Below, piece by piece: positions 38,214-49,674 of a stretch of DNA of 64,000 nucleotides. The notes below the pieces were generated by a model. The model was not told the DNA's origin. It worked only from the letters and a program-made list of their open reading frames with translations, and made no database searches. The stretch is from Rhizodiscina lignyota (taxonomy: Eukaryota), in the NCBI GenBank assembly GCA_010015805.1, contig ML978126.1, forward strand, positions 1,674,001 to 1,738,000. Reading direction: 5' to 3'. Position 1 is the first letter of the stretch; each line of letters opens with the position of its first letter. The position numbers and the translations under genes were made by a program.

Positions 38214-39206
38214 ATGTCGCAGCAATCCCAATCAAACAAGGTCTGGTTTGGTATGAACGTCTCCATTCGTATTGTAGCTTACTGCTAATTCATTCACAGT
38301 GACAGGTTGCTCCTCCGGCCTCGGCAAATCATTCGCATCCCATGTTTACAATGCTGGCCAAACCATAGTAGCAACAGCGCGGAATACAAAATCCCTATCG
38401 TATCTTCCAGATAACGACGAGAGAGTGCTCAAACTGCAGCTCGATGTTACCTCTAAAGACGCTATCTCTCGTTCTATTGCAGCGACAGTCGACCGCTTCG
38501 GCCGCATAGATGTCGTCATCAACAACGCTGGGTATTGTCTGTACGGTGACGCCGAGAGTATTCCAGAGGAGCTTTCAAGCCATGAGATGGACACACTGTT
38601 CTGGGGTCCCGTACAAATAACGCAAGAAGCTGTGCGCATCATGCGAGAAGTCAATCCCCGAGGCGACGGCGGAGTGGTTGTTCAAGTCACTTCGATTGGC
38701 GGATTTTTGGCCGTGCCAGGTGCCGCATTCTATCATGCAGGGTGCGTTATCTGTTTCACAAATACTGTCAGCGAAATACTAACAACAGTTGTAACAGGAA
38801 ACATGCCCTTGAGGGATTCACCAAATCCATGGCAGGGGAACTCAACCCGGAATGGAATATCAGACTCGTTATTCTCTCGCCTGGAGGCGTGAAGACCAAT
38901 TACACTGGAGCAAGTGAGATGGTTGCGCCGCGCAATCCAGCATACTCAGAGAATCCTTCGAATCCATTGGATCAACTACGCAACTTGATCAAGGACCCGC
39001 AACTGATTGCGGGCTGGGCTGCTCCCAACGATTGCGCGAGAGTGGTATTCGATCTCATTAATAACAACGATAGAAAGACCCTGCCGACGAGGCTGACCTT
39101 GGGTGCCGACGGCTTTGCGGCAATTCAGAGCGAGTTGAAGGGATTGGAGAAAGAAGTAGGGCAATGGAGGGAAGTGAGTCTGAAGGTCTCGCCGTTGGCA
39201 CAATAG
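38214..39206 (+). CDS. Short-chain dehydrogenase/reductase, 3 exons
   Basis: KVWF|VTGCSSGLG, GRIDVVINNAG, YHA|xKHALEG, LPTRLTLGAD. Confidence 0.92.
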
Positions 39207-39384
39207 TTCAAGGTCCTGCTGGCGTGTTCGTTTTTGCCGCATCTTAAGAAGTGGCACAAATATCAGCGACAATCCAGAAACTCAGCGATGAATAAAGAAA
39301 GCCAAGGTTTTATATGCCCCAAGCGAGCGGGATTTCTCAAACGAGCAAAAAAAACATCCGGGATATCAAACGCGCCTTCCGATA

Positions 39385-39870
39385 TTAAGGCTGTTCCTTC
39401 GAATGAATGCCGTAATAGCACCCCGCTCGACAATATGTTAGCGGTGATCCTTGGTCATCGTGGACAAGAACTGTAGTTGCTCTTGCAGCATTCTCGTTGC
39501 TGCGTAGAAACGATTGGTTAGGGTTTGAGCATAGCGCTGTAAATATGGTGACGACAGCATTTTGATAAATGTCACCCATGTATGCAGCCTCGCTCCTCCA
39601 CTCGTCCTTCCCATCGTCTCCCTGAAAGGTGCACAAAGCATCAACCCACAGATACGAGATCTCTAGTTTGCGACAAACGACTATAGCATCTTTGATGAGG
39701 GATGGCGTTTTCTCCCAAGGAATCGAGTTTCTCAGAGTTCTCATTAGCCTTTGTGAGTATTACATCGAAGGAGTCTGCAGCCTCTGTAACGAAGACGTCG
39801 AGGGGCCCGTATCAGTGCACACAATCAGAACCTACTAGGAAATTGAAACCCTTGGGATAGAATTGGTCGT
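39385..39870 (-). pseudogene. Heterokaryon-incompatibility (HET) domain remnant
   Basis: IKDAIVVCRKLEISYLWVDALC…EW…EAAYMGDIYQNAVVTI is a HET core. The upstream YxALSxxWG motif is missing, there are stops upstream and the ORF ends early. Confidence 0.7.
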
Positions 39871-40130
39871 GGTGGAATCTAGCCAGCGGAAGGTGCTGGT
39901 ACACAGCTTGAATTTAAGAAAAAGCCTGATTTTGTATTATAGCCTGCGTTCGTTGCAGTGCATGTAGCGCGCTCCATCCATGAGCATCTTAGAGAAGACG
40001 CCCTTTCAATGCCAGATGCGCTGCCACATCTCATATCGTTACAGCAGAGAGAACTCCAGAAGTGCTCCGAACAAAATGCCATCGTCGGATCCATCGAAAA
40101 AAAGGAAAGTCCATATCTCCCCGTCCTCAA

Positions 40131-41289
40131 TCATCGGTCCTCATCCCTCCTGCGACTGCGGCTCTTGCTCTTCCTCGAGAGCTTCTTCTTCAGACTGCTC
40201 CCGTCCTTCGACTTGCGGCCATGCCTGTCACCCTCTGCAGCGATCTCGTCCGCGCCCACTGCCGCTGCAGCAACTGCTGCGCCCCTCTTGCTCCGGCCAC
40301 TGCCTCCGCTGTTTGTGCGGTCGTTCAACCACGGCAGGTTCCTCGTCGCGCCGGCCGTCGCAGGCGGTGGATTCGGGACGTCGAAGTCCTGACTCCTGAC
40401 GCTGCTATATCCATAGCCGTCTGCAACGTTGCTGCCACTGCCATAGCGCTCCATTGCAGCCGCAGAGCCGGCGCCCGGCACCACAGACATGGGTGGGTGA
40501 TTGCGCGAGCCGATGAAGGCGCCGTCGGAGGGAGCGAGGATGCCAGAGGAGAATGGGGAGGGCGAGTTGGCGTTGCGAAGCTGGCCAGTGCCGGAGAAGC
40601 GCTGGTTGTCGCGGCGGTGGCGGTTTCGGCGTTTCAGCCAGAAGCCGAGCGTCATGAAGAAGATGAAGGCGAGGACAACGACGATCAGGAGTACAACCCA
40701 TTTCCAATGCGTGGAGAACCTGCGTGAGAGGAGTGGTTAGAAGGGTTTCAAGGCGTAGATTGAAGGCGAATTGAAGGACATGATTGAAGGGAAAAACTTA
40801 CCAGGGCTTGGGTGCCGGGTTATTCGAGCTTAGCCCAGACTCTGAACCAGAAGTTGCAGCCGACGCAGCACCCGTCGTAGTAGTTACGGCTCCCTGGGTG
40901 CTGGAGCTAGCCGTGGTTGTCTGAGTCTGTCCACCAGCAGGAGTGACGACGACGCCGCCATGACAGAGACTTTCATACCAGGTCTGGATCTGAGACTGGT
41001 CGGAGGCCGAGCACGCTGCGCAGTTCTGAAGTGTTGGAGACGAGTAGAGTGCCACGAGGAACTGAGAGGCGCAAAAGCATGACTGGTATGTGCCTTGATC
41101 GGTCACTGGTGCGGCTGGTGGAACGCAGGCTCCATTCGCTTGCGTGAGAGGTTGGCATTGCGTGTAGCAAGAGGGAAGTTTCGACGAGTCAAGGACTGTC
41201 TGAGCATTGACAATGCCGCCCAGAGTCGTAAGGAAGATGAGAGCGACGGATAGCAGGCCCGAAGGTCGTGAAAAGGTAGCTGATGCCAT
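40131..41289 (-). CDS. Type I membrane protein with a Cys-rich (CFEM-like) ectodomain, Ser/Thr stalk and basic cytosolic tail, 2 exons
   Basis: Signal peptide, LPSCYTQC…C…CFC…CAAC…WYESLC, T/S-rich linker, intron after KPW (GTAAGT), TM HWKWVVLLIVVVLAFIFFMTLGFWLKRR. Confidence 0.8.
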
Positions 41290-42716
41290 GTTGTGGCTCT
41301 GCTTGTTTATGGAACTCGTCGGTGCAAAGACGCGCGGAATGTCACACGAGTCGAGATCGATGTGTGTCGAGGACAACAGTAACTTGCTAGTAGTGAGCGA
41401 TTGAAGTTGAGTATCCAAAGAGCAGCCTCTCGCGGTGGATGCCGCTCTGTCGTGTACAATGTCGGTCGTTATGTGTGCGGCGGCCGGGACTCCACGGGCA
41501 CGTCGCCCGCGCTGGCGACTCAAAGTCGACGGAAGTTATGAAGGGTAGCGATTGAAGAGAGAACGAGTGTGTATGCGAACGATAGCATATCGACGAGTCC
41601 GCGGGCGTACTGGTCGGAGGCAGCGGTGGTGAGAGCGGGAGTTGGGCGTTCGAGGAGGTGTTGTTGGCGTCCGGGCTGGGGTGGCTGACAATCTCCACTC
41701 GCGGCCGACGCTCCCTTGCTACGCACCTGCCACCTCCGGCTTAGCGACGCCGCGTTTAACTGGTCTGGGTTTAGGCTCAAGCCGGCGTCAGCCCTTGCGA
41801 AGCTTGTCCGGCGTGGGGAAGCGACGGGCGCAAGGGTCCAGAGACATTTGCAGACATCAGACGGACACAGCCAATACTCTGTACATAGCCGCAGCATCTC
41901 ACCATAGAAGACTCCACTGTGCCACCACCGTTTGTCAAGACTTGTCTCTGTCCGATCTAGGTGGCCTACTCGACAGCTGCCGGCTGACATTGTCGTGGTT
42001 CTCAACTTCAGCATGAGGATCTGACAGTGCTGTGCACCACCACCTCAGTGATTCGTCAAACCATTGAAAGTGCCAGCACAGCTAATTGAGATCGATTGCA
42101 GATGCTCAGTGACTTCTTCTCTCAGCCAATATCGACCAGCTGTCTGTCTCCAATGGCGAGGAAACTGCTCCCATGACCATCTTGCCATAGACGACTCTCC
42201 CACACCTCCGACCTTCGACCTGCTTCCCACCTATCTCAACGAGATTGAAGTTGTAGGATAAGTTGTTGAAGATGATTTGGAGTCAGGTCAGGGTTATGGA
42301 GGCTGGCGTTGGGACGAGAGATGGGAAGGAGCGAGATTGGAAAGGGGAGGAGGAGACTTCCACATCCCAAGCATCGCTGGATGAATGAACCTTGGAAGCC
42401 CCGGGATGAAGAACTGAAGTTGTAAAAAGAGTCGAGAGGAAAATCTACATTAAGGCATATTTTCACTCGGGTGCGCAAGACGTTGCACGGTGGAAATCTC
42501 CATACTTCGATCGTTTCGCCTAGACTCAACGAAAGGAGGCGAGAACGCAGAGCATGAATCGGATTAGGACCCTTGTTTAGGGAGAATAGACATTCCAGGA
42601 TGTTTGTATCCATTACTCGTTCTTCTCGCTTGCCAACTCTGCAATGCAAGTAGCTTCATGACAGCAAAATGCTGTCGCAGTGCCAAGGTGCCAACGCGGC
42701 CACTCGCGCGCAACTA

Positions 42717-44118
42717 CTAGTTATCCATCGGGCGCGGCGCTGCTCTACTCTCAAACCATGGCCTGTAGCTGTTCTGCGCCCAGTGCATGAGCAGGTGCAG
42801 CACAGCGACAACCTGATAAGTGCCATGAATCGTATCAGTGGAACCAAAGTCACCGCACTCCCACATCTTGTATGGTTCGTCCGTCTCGGCGCTGTACGTT
42901 GCCACCAACAGGGCCCCTGTCTTGCCATGCACCGCAACTAGCGGTAGTGGAGGGATTTCGATGTCGGCCGAGGAATCCTTCGGTATATGAGCTGCCTCTT
43001 TGACCAGGAGCTTTAGCCGTTCAAATAGCGCTGCCGCCCACACGGCGAGCTGCACTCGATTCATTTCTCCGTCTCCTGCTACGCTCTTTGTATTAATTGA
43101 AATCGCAATTGGGCTATTTTTGGGAGATAGTTTGGTGTGATTGAAACTAGCAGTCGTTTCGTTCGCGAGTGGTTGGATGCACCGGAACGCAACATTAAGG
43201 CCTTCAGACGGAAGTAGGTTGATCGTGTAATCGATCGTGGCATCCTTCTGAATAGACGTCCGGCGAAAAGGAAGCAGGAAAGACGGGAATATGCGATCGC
43301 GCTTTTCTGTCCTGTTGAGATATAAGTAAGAATATGATATGGCATGGGAGATGCGGTTAGTCTACGTACACGTTTGTGTAACGGAGCTCGTCTTTTGAAG
43401 CAACGAAACGCAGTGCCACATTGAGTACCCTGAAATGCACTCTCTCATTCCAACTGATTTCCAGGTCCCCGTCCTCCATGCATTCGAGCGTTTCTTCAAC
43501 AACACTCTGGACTCGCTGTAAATCTGGAGCGTCTCCACGGGAAAGCCTCACGCTTGATGAGTCGAAAGTGCTTTCGCAACCAAGGAGGAGCTCCCCTCGA
43601 CATTCGCCACCGACATCAAGCTTCTCCTGCGAGGTCGTTAGTATCCACAATCTCACCAGCAGCTCTGCGAAGATTAGACTAACCTTCAGACTAGCCTTCA
43701 TGGAGGCCGGGAGGATGCCAATGCCATTCTTCAGCGCGTTGAATTCACTCAGGGTGTCGCGCATGGCGTAAAGCGGGTGCCGTGGATCTTGATCAATTCG
43801 GCTAAGCTCTTGTACAGTTGGAGTCTGGTAGTCGATAGGAGGGTTCATCAGTTGCAGTTCGCACATCTTTGGTAAAGACGAGCGGCTGTTGGTGTAGGAT
43901 GGGACATCGCCGTCAAAAGCAGCACCGTAGGATGGGGCCTTGTCGTCAAAAGCAGCACCGTAGGATGGGGCATTATCGTCAAAAGTAGCACCTACTGATT
44001 GCAGCCACGACGAAACAAACGGAAACCGAGAACTGTGAGGACCTCCTGGAGCAGGAGCGCTTGTAGAGGGCGGCGTTGATGAGGTCATTTGACCGGGCAT
44101 CTGTTCCTCTGGTATCAT
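42717..44118 (-). CDS. Fungal PD-(D/E)XK nuclease-like protein, multi-exon, possibly degenerate
   Basis: EISWNERVH, TIDYTI, SFNHT, PIAISINTK, QLAVWAAA, LPLVAVHG, GSTDTIHGTYQVVAVL, WA…YRPWF match the family pattern as recalled. Confidence 0.65.
43894..43992 (-). repeat. 3 x 33-bp tandem repeat (GAxFDDxAPSY-like)
   Basis: The plus-strand unit GTAGGATGGG…CGTCAAAAG(C/T)AGCACC is seen three times within the ORF. Confidence 0.9.
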
Positions 44119-44979
44119 ATCAGATCGACCTTTCCACCAAATCAGGCCAAGCTGAAGTGAAATGAGGAATTGGAGTGGCTGGCAAAGAACGTTGTTTTGG
44201 AAGCGAGGCTTGCTTCAGGTGAATGCGACGGTTAGCGCTTGGGTGGTGACTCCTCGCATGTGTTACATAGCTGAGTGGACTCTCTGCCACGTGAAACTCG
44301 AACGCCCGTAGTATCGAATGTGTATAGCATGGGCAAGCGGGAGCTATCCTTTGCAGGCGCCATTAACACCAAGCCGCTCCTGTGCGTCTGTCAGTTCCTG
44401 TCCCTGCACCAGCAGCTCCACGATGCCATACTGACCTTCACCGGATTCTAAAATTATACCAATGTGTTTCAAAAAGTTGGATTTCTCCATGATATCATGC
44501 CTGGCGCAAAGCGGGTGCTATTGATCTTGGTCAATCGGCTGAGCTCTTGTAGCGTTGGAGTCGCGTAGTTATCACATATGGCACAGCTAATCCCAGCTCT
44601 GCTATGATAAGCAAATCCAATCTGAAGGAGATAATGCACATTCACTGCTTTGTTCGTCGTTTTAATTATTAAATTTTCGATTCATCAATTGAGAAATCAT
44701 TGTTTAAATCACAGTAACGTCGTCCATCACTTTGCTTCCACCGCTTTTTTGCCGCTGACCTAAGGAGGCGTGGACTCGAAGCTAACCCCGATAGAGAGCT
44801 GAAAAGTCCTTGCCATATTTAGGATAAGAACATGTCAAGTTAAACCTCTTCAAGTTAGCCCGCAACGACCCGGTGGAAACAAAAGACCTGGTGGACGACG
44901 TCAGAAGACAGACCAATCATGTCTGCTTTTTGTATTAGGTACCTCAATTATATCTTATCTACAGAGTCACCGCTATTAA

Positions 44980-46629
44980 TTACGCCGAAATGGTGCCATC
45001 AAAGTCCTTGCCACCATTCGGGAACTTAATAGTATAATTGCCGAAGCACGAGAATTGATAGTTTGCCAACTTGTCCGCGTCCTTCTGGCTCTCCAAGAAG
45101 TCACTCAGCGTGCACAGTCCATCGCTGCGCTTTCCACACGCTCCGCCGCGAATCGTCGATACGGGCAGGATGCCATTGTTCAGCCTGAAGCGGAGGAACT
45201 TGTGCGGCGCATTTGACGGGTCGTAGCCGTACTGCATCGGGGTGTAGTACGTGCGGTGGTTCGGGAACGGCTTGGGGTTAGCGGACGCGCAGCCGATGAC
45301 CTCGGTGATGAGGCGGCCGCCGAAGGGCGTCATGTTCGAGAGGATGAAGTGCCTGTCTGGGTTTGGCGGGAATTTTGTGAGAGATGGCGCGTCCTTGAAG
45401 TAGTCGAAGGACATGGCCGTCAGCACGGAGACGATGATGTCGTCATGGGTCAGGTCATTGTAGAACTTCTCGCCGAGTGGGAAATCCTTCGCGTTATCGG
45501 TGATGGTGGTGTTGATGCTGCTCTCCGAAACGGTAATCAACTTGTTCGTGAGGCGCGCGATGAGCTCCTGGAGGTAACCGATACCTTGGGAACGACCAGT
45601 TGGGTTGCCATAGCTGTAGTCGTAGTAGTATTCAATGTCAAGGGTGTTTTCGAAGCCTGTCCACTCCTCGACGGTGAAGAAATCGCAGAAATCGGACTGG
45701 CCGATATAGGCAGTTTCATAGGCACAGATACTCTGGAAGGCATACGTGTCGTTCACGGTGAACTTGAATCCAGATGGAGCATACTTCTGCAATCTCTCGG
45801 TTGCGTCCTTGAGATAAATCGCAACATAACCCTCGAGGTCGTCGTCTCCAAGAGCCACAATTGGGTCGGTATTGTCATTCGCGCAGCTGTCATAAGATGC
45901 AAGCGTGTTGTTCTCAGTACCGCCCTCAGGAATGACGACCACATTGAAGCCTGACTCGGCGTCAGAGATCTTCGGGTCTGGAGTGGCCTCGAAACTGGGG
46001 CCAAAGAAGCCAAGAGCCCAGTTGATCTGGCTGTTCCAGATACGAGACTGGGAAGTCGTCCTCAGAACTGGCTTCTTGCGCTTTGTGCCATCAGGGTTGC
46101 TAGCATTGTATGCCAATTGACCAAGAGTGGCATTGTAGAGCGTCCTGCCGTACCTGTTCCAGAAGGCCACACCAGCTTGGAATTCCGTCTGGGCACCGAT
46201 TCCAGTGAGAAGGCTCTCAGACATGATGTACTGGTAGGTATTGAGAAACTCAAGCGGACCAGTGAACTTCTTCGACGGATGTGCCTTGGTGAAGTTCGCC
46301 AACTTGGCAGCGAAATGCTCGTCGTTGCCACCATCGTCAAAAGTAGATGTTGGGAAACGCTGAGCATGGCGTTGAAGCGAGTGAGCTTGCTCGACCTGGC
46401 ATCCGTCTGGAAGACCGACGTCTTTGATGCCGAAGTGGTCTTCCGTGTTGTCATGATACGGAGTTATCTGGCCCCAGTACTGCTGGATCACGCTCAAGTC
46501 AGTGATGATGGCGGAGTGAGAGCCATGTCCGTGTCCATGAGGCTCTGGCTTGTAGCCAGGCCACCATCCCCACTGAGGGCTCGCAGAAGCGACTGAGAAG
46601 AGAGCGAAAGTAGCAATTGAACCCAACAT
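44980..46629 (-). CDS. Secreted histidine acid phosphatase / 3-phytase-like
   Basis: Signal peptide, RHAQRFP (RHGxRxP variant), THDD, PFGGRL. Intronless 549 aa with strong codon bias. Confidence 0.93.
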   Translation of the reverse strand: MLGSIATFALFSVASASPQWGWWPGYKPEPHGHGHGSHSAIITDLSVIQQYWGQITPYHDNTEDHFGIKDVGLPDGCQVEQAHSLQRHAQRFPTSTFDDGGNDEHFAAKLANFTKAHPSKKFTGPLEFLNTYQYIMSESLLTGIGAQTEFQAGVAFWNRYGRTLYNATLGQLAYNASNPDGTKRKKPVLRTTSQSRIWNSQINWALGFFGPSFEATPDPKISDAESGFNVVVIPEGGTENNTLASYDSCANDNTDPIVALGDDDLEGYVAIYLKDATERLQKYAPSGFKFTVNDTYAFQSICAYETAYIGQSDFCDFFTVEEWTGFENTLDIEYYYDYSYGNPTGRSQGIGYLQELIARLTNKLITVSESSINTTITDNAKDFPLGEKFYNDLTHDDIIVSVLTAMSFDYFKDAPSLTKFPPNPDRHFILSNMTPFGGRLITEVIGCASANPKPFPNHRTYYTPMQYGYDPSNAPHKFLRFRLNNGILPVSTIRGGACGKRSDGLCTLSDFLESQKDADKLANYQFSCFGNYTIKFPNGGKDFDGTISA

Positions 46630-47542
46630 GGTGACGACAGCTAAGAAAGAAGGCGACGCTCAAGAAATTTCTCGCGCGCCGAGGACGAGACATTTTGTAG
46701 GTAGCTGCACCTAGCTCGCACAAGCTTCCATCAAGCTCCATCCTTCACGTCAATCGCATCGAATTACTGCACACGTGTGCAGGAAATGATCGATTGACCT
46801 GCAGTTTCCAGAGCCATGGTAGCCGTGGGCGGGAAATTGGTACTTGGATGCGAAGCTTGGTATGCAGGTCCACGAGAAGCGCGGGTGATGATCATGGAGA
46901 TGGAAGGTCTGGAAGAGAACATTAGAAGGCACGAGTAGGCCCCTCTCAAGATGATTGGCTTGGCTGTCAACTTCTACCCGCAAAAAAGCAAAGTAGCGTC
47001 GCTGACGACGCATGAAGCCGGCGCCGACGGCCAGTTCTTTTGCTGATCGAGTGATGTCACTCCTGATCAAAGATCTGGTGCGACACAGCATGAGGCCGGA
47101 TCAACAACGAGATCATAGCTTCAGTACCGACTGAAGGGACTGTTGCTTCCTAGGAGGCTACTATTGAATGCCACGGAGCGACACAAGAGTTCCGAAGCTT
47201 GGTTCGTTAAGCTTGCCTGAATGGCTGTGGGGGCAAAATTAAGCTCTTCTTCCTGCCGAGACCCGGACCCTGTACCTGTTCACGTACGTATTCAGCTCTA
47301 CTTCCTCACTCAGTTTAGTCGCCCTCGCCTACATTATCAGATTAAAAGAGCTCGGATCATTCGTTCGCAAATTTCTCAAATCTAACAAGCATGGCTGCGA
47401 CTCCTGCAAGGAATGCGCCCGCACAGGCCAGATGAGGTTAAAGCGAACGCGGAACGCGTCGACTCCGGGACATCTCTCTTCTCGTTCATGTTCTTCCCAT
47501 CCGCTTTACCCAGTCATCGTGACGTTGTTTATCAAACATTGT

Positions 47543-48902
47543 TCATTGTTCTCGACGTTCTGCTGTGCTTCTGACCGACGGAGAGGCCACACATTGCATG
47601 GTGTCTGAACAAAGACCATGGACCTCACCACTTCGCGAGAGCAGGATGGATTTTCGGATGCCGAAACGATACAACCGCTGACGCGTTGAAATCACCGTTG
47701 TACTTTTCAGTATACTCCTAGGAATATCTTGATCCAAAGTTCCTGCACAGAGTTCATGTTTCATCCATCCAGGATGTCACACATGCTTCGAGCGACCATT
47801 GCACGAACGAGGCACGAGCATATGCCTTTACCTTACCTGCCGCGACAACGGGGATGTTTCAAGGTTTGTGCCTTGTGTCTGTAAGGAATACTTTGTGAGG
47901 TCCAAAGATACAAAGAGCAGAGACAGATTCAGGAAATGCGGGCTTTCATATTTCTGCTGACATGACTAACTGACCAATATAGTGACACTGATCTTTCAAG
48001 CCAACGACAGCGCAGTCTCCCAAATATGGACTGTATGTGCCCTGTAATTGTCCTCCGATGTGAGCATTTCCAACAACATACCCTAGCACTGATGTTCAGG
48101 CCGGCGCTACGCTGGCCATGACCGCAACGGTCTTCATCATCTCCTGTTGGTGATGTTAGTTTGACCAAACTACGCTTACCATGAGAACTTACTTTCCTTT
48201 TCGAGATTACGAGGCTTCTTCCTGTACGTCAAGAGATGCAGGTTCTCTAATTTTGCCAATGTCCGCTCCTTGAACTTCCGCTCATTTCGGTTCAGCGGGT
48301 CCACGGCACGGGGTTTGAGGCCTTGTTGCGTACGATCCAACTCGGGAGCGACGATTCCAGGGGCCACAAGCCGAGGAGCGACAGGGGCGTACTCAGGAGG
48401 GGCGTCATTGTTGTTCTGCTACTTTGTCAGTGGACCGAACAATGAATCTTTGTTCTGAGAGTCAACGTACCTCTCCTCTGCCTGGAGTAACGCGCGGCAA
48501 ACCGTACATCCCATAAACCTCAGTAAGCGATCTACCGGTCGCCCTTGCCTTGGCGGCGAGGTTGAAACCGTACTTGTAGCTGCACCCAGGATTGGAGCAA
48601 CCGGTGCTGTTGGTGTTGAAGATCTTCTTGCAGCGCTCACAGACATCGATATGTCCGTCGCGATAGCAGCTGAACTTTGATGCCTTCTCGCATTTGTTGC
48701 TACTGCCGTCAGTTTATGTTCTGTTTGTACAGACTATGCCAGCTTACCAGTGATGAGCGAAGTTTCGCAGCTTGTTTTGAAGGTCAGCCTCCTTCAGAGC
48801 TTTCCTTCTCTCTTCGTCATTTAGCTCAGGTTCTTGTTCGCTTGTATTGATTTCCCTGTGCTGGTCAAGGAGCTTCTTCTTTTTACCGCCGGCCCTCGCC
48901 AT
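47543..48902 (-). CDS. Hypothetical multi-exon protein (3' structure uncertain)
   Basis: MARAGGKKKKLLDQ… exon ends at a GTAAGC donor. Further protein-like exons (48419-48646, 48176-48367) are bounded by GTACGT/GTAAGC donors and CTGAC/CTAAC branch points. Confidence 0.35.
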
Positions 48903-49674
48903 GATAACGAAGGGCCTTGAAAGTGATCGATCTGGTTGAGAGCTGTATGTCGGGGGCGATGTATGAGAGCTGTATGTGGGAAGTGATACATAAGAGATGT
49001 ATGTCTGAAGAAGCTCCACTGATCCATTAAATACATCGAGAAATGGACACATCGTGTCGTTTCTGGTGAGGCGAAGAAGAAGATTTTGGTGGAATTTCAC
49101 GTCGTGATGATGAAGAGTGAACGCCTCTAACATAGATGGATGCGCAACGTCACATATCACTGGTTAGTCCTACACATGCATCCCATCACAGACGACACAA
49201 CAGAGTTCAGGAGAAATATCACTTTGTTGTGTTAAATCCAGCACTTGGTGGTGAAGAATCAGCACTCCAACGCGGATAGAAACAGCCGGTCAACGTTACG
49301 TATCAGTTCTACACATACATCTCACCACAAACAACACCGTAAAGTGTTGGATTTGAACACTACTATGGGGATATTTCACCAAATCTTCTCTTCTATATCT
49401 TCCTTTCAGCATCTCGGCTTCGACATCCCATCTGCATACCACTGCACAACGTCAAACCCAACGACATACACAGCTCTGTCAAACACCACCGGATCTCGTT
49501 CTGCTACAGTGTGTCTGGATTTCTTCTCACTTCTCACTCCATAAATTCAGAGCGCTCAGACATCGACCTTTGTCAGATCCGTTTGCTCCGGATCACTCTA
49601 CACCAACCATCGACACATCATCAAACCTGTTACATTCCTCTACCCCCATTCTCCATCGACTCAGGTTCGTCGCA

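Noticed and set aside
46350..46375. RHAQRFP instead of RHGxRxP
   Set aside because: The catalytic R, H and R and the downstream HD are retained; a Gly-to-Ala change is a minor variant.
45256..46596. Long antisense ORFs over the phosphatase
   Set aside because: Expected shadow of strong GC3 codon bias on the coding strand.
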